In this document: piece by piece, positions 1-11,600 of the stretch
How positions within the stretch are numbered: position 1 is the first letter of the stretch
Layout of the letters: every line of letters begins with the position of its first letter
Source: Hydrolagus affinis
Taxonomy: Eukaryota
Direction of reading: 5' to 3'
NCBI GenBank assembly: GCA_012026655.1
Contig: JAAILG010000672.1
Location: 1-64,000 of the forward strand
DNA: 64,000 nucleotides
Notes under the pieces: model-generated
The model's input: the letters and a program-made list of their open reading frames with translations, nothing else
Databases searched by the model: none
Told to the model about the DNA's origin: nothing
Made by a program: the position numbers and the translations under genes

Positions 1-100
1 CCACCACCACCCGACTTCCGCCGGAAGTACGTGTCCAACGGCTCAGCTGGCTGCACTGATCTCAGTTCAGTGGCTGGCTGCAGAGAACACGTGACCTGAG
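1..100 (-). promoter_or_regulatory. Housekeeping-type promoter of the next gene (probably TCF25 by synteny)
   Basis: Inverted ETS pair ACTTCCG-C-CGGAAGT (14-28), E-box CACGTGAC (88-95), CpG-rich. The human order FANCA/SPIRE2/TCF25 is recalled knowledge; no TCF25 coding sequence is in the window. Confidence 0.55.
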
Positions 101-136
101 TTTGGCTCAAGGTGAAGCTGATTCTCTCCCCCAATA

Positions 137-510
137 AACAACAACAACAACAACAGATCATTAATAACAGCAACAAATACTAGCCAATGGATCGTTAATA
201 ATAGATCATTAATAAGATCAATAAATAATAGATCATTAATAACAACAATAATGAACAATAGATCACGAATCATAGATAAGAAATAATTAATGAGAGCGAT
301 CAATAATATTATAATTAATCATTAATAATGGATCATTAATAAGATCAGTAAACAATATTGGATAACCGCGAATAATAAGTCATCGTAATAGATCATTACT
401 AATAATGAATAACACCAATGAATAACAGTAAGAATTAATAATAATTATCAATGCTTAACACACAGCTAATGTTAATAACACAAAATAATGATGATTAATA
501 AATAAATACT
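137..510. repeat. AT-rich degenerate minisatellite (AGATCATTAATAA-like units)
   Basis: Recurrent GATCATTAAT/AATAAT units running into a SINE tail at about 510. Confidence 0.8.
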
Positions 511-1023
511 AATCCTTGCATTTGATATAGTGTCTTATCACGCTTTTGAGATGTCTCTCTCTCAAAGCGCTTCACAGAATAGTGAATTGACTGTATATTT
601 TGTGGGCGAACCGCAGTCACCAATTACTCCCAGCGACTGTTTCTGTAGAACATCTGGCAGACTTTTGCTCAGGCTCCTCCAACAGAAACGTCTTGAATAG
701 GTCGATTGGAAGATCTTTGCCATCTACCTGAATTTAGTCATAATCTAAATAGTACAGAGCTTAACAAGCAATTCTTTTCAACAGTAATAATTCTAACTAA
801 ACTTAGTCTGAAACAAACATGGGCTGCACTGAATAAACCATTCAACCTTATAATCAGAGCTGTTAGAACAATATTTAGAACATAAGAATGCACCAATAAA
901 GACTCACTGCATCATTTTGGCCTCAGCTAAACATCTCATATTCCTTTACATTTTTCTGAATCCAGAATTAGTGTTTGTGGCCTTCAGTCTAACTGCGAAA
1001 TAACTACAGATCTCTCTGATTTA

Positions 1024-1396
1024 CAGTAGATCCTCGCCGAACGCGGGGGTCATGATCCTGGAAAACAGCACACTCAGTAAAATTGCCTTCGGTAAACTTA
1101 ATAAATAATGGGAAAAAGGGGTTAGGGGAATCCATCCATAGGCTATTATTTTACCTTTGGTCCTGGAAGTGTTAGGAGTCTTTCTCTCTCTCTCTCTCTC
1201 TTTGTCTCTTCTGTTTACCATGCAATGTCACCAGGTTGCTCCGAGGCCGAGGAATCATCGGACTTCCCAAGTGCGGGGCAGGAATCCTCCCAAATGCGCC
1301 TGCAAATTTTACTCGCCTTATGCAAAAAAGTGGCGCATTTATTTGTGTATAGGCGAATCCGTACTCGAGAAAGTCGCGTTCGGCAAGGGTTGACTG
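1024..1396. mobile_element. pogo/Tigger-type MITE (373 bp)
   Basis: TA|CAGTAGATCCTCGCCGAACGCG ... CGCGTTCGGCAAGGGTTGACTG|TA: imperfect 22-bp TIRs starting CAGT, with TA duplication. Confidence 0.8.
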
Positions 1397-2748
1397 TATA
1401 TCTCTGTGTTTTTATTTTCAGTTTATCTCTCTCTCTCTCTCTCTCTGCAGTCACAGGCAATGGACTTTAAAACCTTCAGCAAGATAAATAGTGCAAACAG
1501 GAAGCTTCCAGCATGGATCCCTGGGGTATTTTGTTCGCCATAGTTGTCTAGTTAGAACTGCTTCCATTGATTAATGTCTTCATTTCTAATGTTTATCCAA
1601 GTTATTATCCTATTTACTTCATTCTTTATTCCAAGAGCTTTCATTTCAGTTTTTAATGCATTTATATTAGACTGAAAGCTACCCTCTTATGAGTTTAACA
1701 GCATAATAGGTGCAATTTTGTATCTCATTCTATTTGAACTAAAATACACTTTAGAATTTTCAGATATACTCTTTGTAGTTATACAATATGTATTTATATA
1801 TAAAATATAAAAAGCCGTGTCATTTTAATGGTCCATTTTACCATGAGTTTAATCTTTACCCTCATAGTAGCATTTTTATATTTACTTTACTGTCACCAAG
1901 TATTTCAATTATACATTGTGGAATGAATTATTTTACATTACATTGGCTGTAGGTTACCTTATTACTTAATATTTATTATAACTAGCTTTATAAATACAGT
2001 ATAACTACTTCTAATCTATCAATTTATTGTTAAATAATTTAAGAGGATTTTGCAGAGAGTAAGTGGAGTAAGATCCTGGTTGCTGAGGTTGCCAATTGTG
2101 TGTCAGTCTGGCGCAGTGCACTCTTGCCTCTAAGTCAGAAGGTTGTGGGTTCAAAACCATCCATGGGACTTTGTCAAAAGCATCCTTCTCACATGCATTA
2201 AAATAGTACAGTACTGTACCACACTTTACAAGTCAGTGCCTATCACTGGTTCAGTCAGTAGAGGGAGCTCATAACCACTGAAGTATTTTATTATTTGTTG
2301 TTTTATGAATTGAAGAGAAAATACAACAGAAGATATCAGACACCAACTACTGTACCATGTGCAACTTCAACCCCTCTCTCCAAATATCTTAATACTGTAC
2401 TGTAACCAGTAAATGAATAATAGGAGTCCTATTAGTGGATGGCACAGTATATGAGTGTTAATTGATTACTGGTTCACAACGCAACAGATCACTTATCGAA
2501 ATGCCTCAACAACAACAACTTCGATATATATAGCACCCCCCACGCCGGACGGCGTCTCAGAGCGTTTCAGTTTGTAAAAAAAAAAAAAAACGTGCATCCA
2601 TTATCCTCAAATATTGTCCGTCGTGTTACTAGTATTCCTGCTACAAAAAAATGCCTGAATATTGTAATTTGACAGATTAGATGTCTTAATTTTTGCTTTA
2701 AACATATTGACAAACAGACGTCCCACTTGTAATGAGAGTTTGTACAGT

Positions 2749-2754
2749 TTTATT
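2749..2754 (-). terminator. Candidate SPIRE2 polyadenylation signal (AATAAA), implying a ~2.7 kb 3' UTR
   Basis: AATAAA on minus followed about 30 nt downstream by GT-rich GTCTGTTTGT; alternatives at 2885-2890 and 2023-2028. Confidence 0.4.
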
Positions 2755-5411
2755 TCCTCCTGGATCTTGTATTTACAAGAAAATACATACATACCAAACA
2801 GATTTTTACATTCAGTATTGAACAGCAGGCATATATATGTATATATATATTTATATAAAATGTTTAATTAATGTATTCCATACATTTATTAATGCTTTTA
2901 GCACATTTGACTGAAATCCAGTCACGGTTCACACAACACATATCCCCAACAGTCCTGGGAAGATGCATTGATTCTTATTCATTGCTTATCATACTGTTTA
3001 GTACAGGAATAAAGGTTTCTTTCGGCAAAAGTTCGACTGGTGAGCTGTACTGGAATGCAAATTTAAAAAGAGCATTCACTTCAATGGCTTAATGAGAAGC
3101 TAGCACTTTTGCCCTTAACGGCATGCATCTGTCTAACCCATGTGATTGATTTTCTATGCACAGACATATTGATAGAAAGTTGCACAAACGCATATGTTGG
3201 TTGACTTAGTTTGAAATACTGTAGTCCGATCTCGCATTATGTCTGCTTTAAGAATCTCATTCCTCATCCCGACATCACAGAGCAGCCTGTACAGTGTAGA
3301 TGCATCCTTCAGAGGAGATGTTAGACTTGAGGTTCCGGTGGACTTCCCAATACCCTTCTAACAGTTCATGAAGCAAAAAGCGACCTAGTGATCTTACCAA
3401 TGTGCTCAGCTGAGTAACACTTTAATTTATTAGGCTGGGCCACTATATGTAGGTATTTATGAGAACCACTTTGCCACAGGTGCGTCAATGTTGTCCAGTG
3501 CTAAATATTTCTAGTTTTATACAGTACATATTGGAGCTGTGCTAATCTGTGTCCAATTAAGTCCAGTCACATTCAAAAGGAACGCAAAGCAGTTCTGCAC
3601 GATTACCTAGCCTTGTGGTGCGGGCTGGGGGGAAGGGGCGATAAACAGTTATCTGTTGCCAGTGCTTCATGCAACTTTACTGTCAAGATTTATTTGCTTG
3701 TGAAACATGCAACCGACTCTATATTTATTACACCCTCCTAGCAACTGTGGTTTTTCCTCACCCTTTTCTGTGGGTTCTTATTCTGGAGGTTTCTAAAATA
3801 TCTCCGCTCACTCCCTTATCCGTCCCACACAAGAAGTTCAAGCCTCAGGCGAGAGTTTTAAAGTAACTACAAGCGATTTTAATCTTGCCCAATTTTCTGT
3901 ACAGAAGTCTTCCCCAAGTGGTCTCCTCATCGTTAGTCACTTAAAATATATGATTACCCTGGGAGCACACTGGTAGAAAAAAACACACTGGCCTCCTCTC
4001 CTCCCATCTCATCTGACTCACTGATGAGCACACCCTGAATGATGAAGATTGGCAAGTGCGGGAAAACATGGAGCAGATACAGATCAAAAAGCAACAGCAT
4101 CGTGTGCAGTGTGCTGAGTTTCTAACAGTCTTAGCACTTTGGATAAGTTCACAGAAACATCCAAGCTTTTGCTCTCAAAGTGATTAAGACATCCACTAAA
4201 CTCCTCGTTTGGTTGACGACTTTGCAGCGACGAGCCTCCTATAAATTCTATTAGTCCATTTCAGATCGATGTCAAGCAGTTAAGAGCATTACAAATGATC
4301 GAGCACAGGGCCGAGAAAATGTTCATGGCCTCCAGTGTAAAAACTGATCACTTTGCCATGCATATCGCATTACGTCAGCACTATTTCAGATGCCTCAACA
4401 TGAAACCTCACTTCCAAATTGGTCAGTTGGAGGGAGACACTGCTGGGCAGCAGAAAAAAATAAATAATAACTTTAGCAAATTTCTTCCTGCTCAATTCAG
4501 ACTGCTAGTGAAAATCCATTCCGCTCCAATACTACTGTTGACGGGAAATAATGACTGACGCCAAGACGTTTAGTTGTGAGTTGAAGCTGAAACGATTGTG
4601 AAGTTAAACCACCCATAGCTCGGCTCGAGATGGGAGAGGTTGATCCAATCTTATACCTTAAAACTGTCACGGATTTGGATACCGAAGATGCTGGGGATCT
4701 GAACATATCTATACCAGATATTGTCCAGTCCATCTTAGGGGGGTCCATTAGTAAATGGCTGAGCAGCCAGGGGGCACATTAACAGCGTCTTGTGGACAGT
4801 CAGATCTACAGGGTATTGTGAATAAGAAAACAAAAGCTAACAAAGGTAAAACATTATTTTTAAAAATTAATTGAAATAATATCCAATTCTCTGCACTGGC
4901 TCCCTTGAAACACTTGTGCCTCAGACCCTTGAATCCTATGCTACTTGTCTCCCCTGATCAGTGCTACCGCTTCTACAGAGCCACTGATTGCCATCAATGA
5001 GTGAAAACATTTTTACTTGTCTCTTCTCCTCTCCCTGAGGTGGTCACCCCTAAAACTCATTGCAAAGAGGTTTAACCCCCCCACTCCCCAACAATATTAC
5101 TACTCTTATGGTAATTGAGAATTACTCCTAGGTGAAAACCATTTTTACCAAGAACCTGAAAAACCTTGTCACTTGCAACTCGACCCGACTCGTTCATTTC
5201 CACAATCCTCACCACATCTGTCACTGCTCTGGGAGATCAGAAAGATGGATGGACGGATGGACGGAAGGACGGACACTGGTGTCTTTGAAGCGCTACATAT
5301 TGATCTGTTAGGAATTAAAGTCAGCACGTGCAGTGTGTGTGCGGCTGTTTAAAAGCTCTGGCTGGCTATCACACAGTGATGATAAACTCAATCAGGGTTT
5401 TGCTTTCGCTC

Positions 5412-5625
5412 TTAAAGTTTTGAGGATCGTGTTGAGCGGGTGTACATGGACTGCACTTTCCTCGATGGGGCGCTATTCAGGAGGTCCAAGCTTTTTCTGC
5501 TGGAGTTGATGACATCGGCAACAAATTTTGCGCATTCGGTACAGATGTCTTTCATGCTGCAGCCATTCGTGTAGAGGTGAGGAAATTCTTGTTCTACTGA
5601 CCGGTGACTCAGGCTCTTCAGAGTT
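5412..5625 (-). CDS. SPIRE2: SPIRE2 exon 15, coding part
   Basis: [42 protein letters not shown]...SSKL*. Confidence 0.95.
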
Positions 5626-8600
5626 CTGCAATACAAGTGAGGATGTCAAAAACGAATTTAAAACACAGTCAAACCTGTTCAAGCGATCTTGTTAACAACA
5701 AGAACAGCCCAGTTAGCACACCAACAAACCTTGGCTCAGTGGTGATTCTTATATAAAGGCCATGTTGGCTCAGTTCTCTGAGTGGTTGCTGAAGACAGGT
5801 TTGTCTTATTAACAGTCCTTACTTTTGTTATAGCACCTTTCCTGTCGGGAGGACATCTCAAAGTGCTTCACAGGATATACTGTAAACTATAATGATGATA
5901 TGTTTTCTGTAGGCAAACGCGCCAAGCAAGCATTTTGAGCTCTGGATCATCTCTCATACAGCCATAAAGTAAATGAACAATTTTATCTGGGGAATTGTAG
6001 GTCAAGAGAAACTCCCTTCTCTTTTCGAGCAGAGCCATGGCATCTTAAACATCCTCCTGAACAGGAAATCCTCCTGACTTGAAAGGCGCTATACCAATGT
6101 GATTTTGTTGTTGTTGTGGAAGACAAGATCTCGGTTTAACTTCTGATCCAAAGCTAATTAAAGATATTGATGGAACATAATTTTTGTCCCCTTATAGCAG
6201 CGTTAGCTCATGACGCAAGCAAAAACTCGGCATATTTTCGTCACAACTCAATCAGACCCTGACTTACTGAGATGGAAAGGTTCCTTTATCCTGAGAGGCT
6301 TTTGTGTGACTGGCTGCCGGGATATTTTCGAAACCCACTGTGTAGATCGGAATGTGGGCCAACTTCTTGGATGGAATCTTCATCTGCATAGAAAACAGAC
6401 CCAAAGTCAGCCTCTCTTAATAGGTTTTAATGACAATTGAATGAAGGAAAGGGATAGGGCTTCAGGGCAATTTTTTAATAAATTTTTCAGACAAGTGTGA
6501 TTTTATATGAAAAACTGAATGTGTAATGAAAGCCTGATTAATGGAACTTTCTTTGTAGTTTCAAATTTCTGAATTTAATATAACATTGTCTGAAATAATA
6601 ATCCTGTATACTTGCAATAATGTATGCCACTTGCTTTACTTTCTGCACAGTCTAAATGTCTACTGCCCTGTCCAGCCACCGAGGATCAGTGACTTCACTG
6701 CTAATCCTCATTCTGTGTTACTTAATTCAGGAGATACACTCCTACTGTACTGAAGGTGCAGGTTCACAGTCTTTACTTGTGTTACAGTCGGTCTCTCTAC
6801 TCCAGGTTATAGGCCCAAACGGCAACACGTTACAGCATCAATCAGAAAGAAATCAATGCAAAAAATGGTGATTATCTGAAATTGATAGATTTCTTGTGGA
6901 TTAAGGGATATGGGATAAAGCGGGCAGGTGGAGTTAGGTTAGAGGATCGGCCACAATCTTATTGAATGGCGGGGCAGGCTCGAGAGGCCGAATGGCCGAC
7001 TCCTGCTCCTTATTCTTATGTTCTTATTATAGGGTCAGACTTCTCTAGCATATTGTTAATTGGGAACTTTTTCCAAAACACAGTCGAACACAGTTCTCAC
7101 CTTCAAGCTACAAGAACCACAGACCGCTCTAGAAAGAGAAAGAAAACACACCATTAGAAAGTCAGTCACCTAAACTAGCTTGAGCATTGCAAAATGTTTA
7201 TTTGGTTGAAGTCCTCTGATTTTTTTCCCCAGTGTTTCCTCTAATTTGAGTAACCTTCAAAACCCCATCAAAGATGTCACAATGAATCCCAACCTGATCT
7301 GTTCATTATAGAAAACAGCATTTCAAACTGAAATCTATTTGAGAAATGCTTATTTTGACTCTCTTTAAAAACAATTAATCAGCCTTAAAGTCCATTCCAG
7401 CATTTTCTCCGTCTTCGATCAATGGTAAAATAAAATATAGATTCTTCACATTATTTTGGTCTGTTTCCCACAGCTTTTCCATTGATTGCAATAAGCTCTT
7501 TCTGAAGTCTTGTTCTTTGTTTTGGTTAATTCATAAATGCTTCTATGGAAACAAACTCAAATATCTACACATCCAACTTGCCACATGATCGATTTTGTCT
7601 TGAATTAAGCAGTGGATTGTTAAACACCAACAGGGCAACTATAGGGATACTTGCAAGATGTCACACTTGTAATGCGAGTATTATGTGCATCAAGTCACCT
7701 TTTGCAGAATAGACAGGATGAAGGCCATGAAATCAAAGGGAACTTCACTTTACAGCAGCAGCAAACCTGTGGGGCAAAGATTGAAGGTAAACAGCCTTAA
7801 AACAATACCAACAATTATGTTTTTAGAAAAAATAAGGGCATATTACAATATCTGGAAAGTGGGATCTATAAATGGGTGACTTAGAAAAGCAATAATAATA
7901 ATACTAAAAAGCAATAGCAAATATGATGGGCCAAAACGACCTCCTTTTGAACTGAAGTTTTCTGTTTCTATGTAAATATATGTAAGAGAACACTTATTTG
8001 TTTTTTTTGTGTGCGTTTTTTTTAATTCTTAATGTCCCACAGCCAACTTATGGGTCTAGATATATATATATATATATATATATATAGATACAGTTAAAGT
8101 AGAACACCGCTGGGAAAGTTAATAGTTGCTCAGCTAATTTTGTTTTACAAGCAGATGTGTTTAGGTGATCTCACTCTATCCCATTAGTAAGTACGGCCAT
8201 AATACTATAACCGTTCTCCGCTAAGCCTCGAAAAAGGTCTCGGAATCCACTGCCGTGCCATGTGCCTCACTGGGAAGTTACCATCGCTCTCTGGCTAAGC
8301 CCCAGAACTAGCTTTGGTGTTAGCAGCTGCAGGAGAAGCTGCTTCCATCTCCTCCTGTCCATTGGAGGATATGAGCTTGAAAGAGGATCATAAGTTCCAC
8401 AGGTTCCACAGGTGTGAAACGAGTCAAGCCCTGTACCTGGTGTCTGAAAGGACTGCACTTAAAGGAACCGAACAACCAACTTCTGTGCCGTATATTTCTA
8501 CAGTTTTATAGATAAATTACCTTTCCCTTTTTCAGGTTGTTGTGGAGATCTTTGTTTTGTGAAAACTTCTCCATTTCTGCTTTCACTAAGACTTTTCGAA

Positions 8601-11600
8601 CATTGATGATTTCCTCCACAGTCAACGTTAGACTCTCCACCGGATGACTGAATTCCTCCTGGAAAGAAAGATTAACCCAGGCTCAAGTTTCCACGCACTA
8701 GGACAGGTTTAACATATTTAAGTGTTATGAACAGAGGATGAGCGATGATAATCGTATCAGGGTGACTCAATGCTTAAGTTATTGTGAATCAATTCAATCC
8801 AGTGTATTCAATTTATATTCCTTAAACCCATCTATTCAAAACTTTTTTTTAACATTATGTTTTAAAAATACATGATGTCTTTATTCCTAGCGGAACTTCC
8901 CAGCCCAGGACACTGCTGTTCTCTCTCCAATAGGTTTCCATTACTAGATATGTGTTAGACATGGTATTCAATGCAGTTACAGCGTGCTATTGCCATTGCT
9001 GGTTTCTGATATACTCACAAGCATAGCGGCTATGAACTTAATGTGGGGTAACTAACTTAATGTAGCTTCTCTGAGCCACAAGTAACCAGCAGAAAATGGT
9101 GGTTTGACAGTTGATATTCAAATAGTTACATTATTCTGGGAGTCACTCAAAGTGTCAAGCTTCAGAACTAATTGAATGTAAATGAATCACTATTGTTGAG
9201 AACAAAACTGTTGTTTAATCGTTGCCCATCAGCAACTCCGGGCATTTTAAAACAGTGCAGGCACCATCTGGGTGTCACGTTGAGTCAAACCATTAACCGA
9301 CCGACTGACCGACCGACCAACCAACCAGTACAAACACTGTACAAAGGTGCACGGGAGGTGAGAGCAGCGTTTTGTGCAATTTGAAATTCAAAACCTACTT
9401 TCTAAGCCAAAAGTAGAAGAAGCTACTCACCATCCACCGCCACCTGGAACAGGTAGACTCCGTGCCTGGAACATTCTGGGTAGAACGGAGCTGGTCTCTT
9501 TGTAGTGAAGCCGGGCGAGTGCTTCTCCGTGCCCAAGGACCAGCCGATGCCACCTCCTTACTTATCCCTGCTGAAGATGACCGTTAGTTACTTTGTGTAC
9601 AACTCTGTGTAGGAGACGAGTGAAGCTTTCCCAAACGTAACGAAAGTGGGCTCACTTCTGTGGGTTGGCTTTTATAACCTTGGCGCAGACTGCCATTCCC
9701 TACAAGCTGATGGCAGCGGGAAGCAGCAGTGAATATTGTAATAATAATCCTTACATTTTATATAGTACCTTTCATGCAAGGAGGACATCTTAAAGCGCTT
9801 TACAGGATTTACTGGCAGGTGTAGTGACTGTGCATTTGTGGGCAGACAAGGTTAGGAAGCCCCAATGATTTCTCAGAATCACTGTTTTAAACCAGATTAA
9901 TGTTACGATTCAGCAATCTGAACTCTGACCACAAATTAACCAATTCAATTAGAGGAGCATTTGAAGAAAATGAGCCTATTCAGAAAGGAATCACTCAAAT
10001 AACCTTCCACATGTAATACTATCTCACAAAGAGGTTTATTTCCAACACACTCAGTAGGATTTCCTAATTATTCACTGGAATGTTGAAATTGAAGAGATGT
10101 TCCAAGCTTTCGGCATATTTTAGTCAGAAGCGCAGTGTTTCTATCACTTAACTACAACAACAACAACTTTGATTTATATAGCACCCTCCACGCTGGAAGG
10201 CGTCTCAGAGCGCTTAAATAATAATAATATCAAATGTCATATTTATTATTATTATATTATTATTATCAGCAGACTTGAATTAGTGATCCAGGGCCTTGAA
10301 TAATGACCATTACACGTAGAAATATAAAAGCTTTAAAAACATTCAACTTCTACCCAGCTAGTGTCCTATTTTCCCAGTGCTTTTCTTTTGGAAATAATTC
10401 ACAAGATGTTAAAAATTACTCTGCCAAATGTCCAGTAGCTCAACCATTTGAATGTTTAACAATCAACCAGACAGTTAAGAATTTGAGATCCAAAGCGCAA
10501 TCTACTGTGGTTTAATTATTTCATTAATAAACTAAAAAGCACATAAAGGATGGGGAAAGAACTCTAGTGGAATAAGCCAGCCATACAGCAGCATTCATAG
10601 GAGTATTATATGTATATGATATAATGTTATCATATTTTAGGAGTGTTATCGAGTGAAAATCTTTGACTGGCCAGCGCGTTGGGACGTCCTTCCACTGTGA
10701 AAGACGCTATATAAATGTAATGTTGTTGTTGTGGACCCTCGCCATTATTACATCTGCTCTGATGACATTTGGGAATTATTATAAAGACACTACCAATAAT
10801 CCTTGCATCTTGATATAATGCTTTGCACGTCTTCTAAAGTATACTGTAAAGGGAATCGACTGTATATTTGTGGGAGAAACGCAGCAACCAATTTTGCACA
10901 TTAATTAAATTAATTAATTAAGAAACATCTTTTGAGATTAGAAGGGGAAAAAGTAAGAGAACACTCACCCTTGTTAGAAGAAGCAGCTTCATCTAAAGTG
11001 ACTGTGCTTCCTGAGCAGAGTCTCAAGTCAGAGCCCTTGTTTGATAGATAAGTGGACTCCGACTGCGATAGGGCTAACTCGCTCTGTAACTGGGTCAGAT
11101 CATGTTCTGAGAAGGAACGATCGCGCTTGAGTGGTAACGGAGAGCTCGTAACCCTTCTGATCTCTCCATTGGGTGACTCTTCCTCCTAGTAAAGAAGCAG
11201 ATCCACAGTATCAAACCTGTTCAATTTCTAACCGCCACCTCCTCCAGTCTGTGCATGACTAGGGTTGTGCATTAAAGCACATACACATTACTTTCCCTCT
11301 GACAAAAAGTAACATTTACACTTTCTGGTCTTGTAGATTACAATAGAATTTCCTCAACTGAACTCCCGGAGTTTAAGGATCATGATCAATTCTGCTCTTC
11401 ACATTAACGCATCAAAATTGTACCCCATGTGAAAGTTTACTTAAGAGTTAGGATGAAATTGCCATTGAAAGATTATTTACTGATAATAATGTTTGATTCT
11501 AGGTTCATTGACTAGTTTTGTGCAACTTAATTACATCAGGTCAAACTTGAAATAGTAAAAATGACTGATTCTGAGGAATAAAGTGTTAGTATAATGAAGG

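Noticed and set aside
4021-4075. CTGATGA-gcac...gtgc-gg-GAAA hammerhead-like motif in the SPIRE2 3' UTR region
   Set aside because: Extra nucleotides lie between stem II and GAAA, and there is no convincing stem I or III.
8659-9430. Search for a true SPIRE1 exon C homologue in intron 10
   Set aside because: I found no open phase 0-0 exon with credible splice sites.
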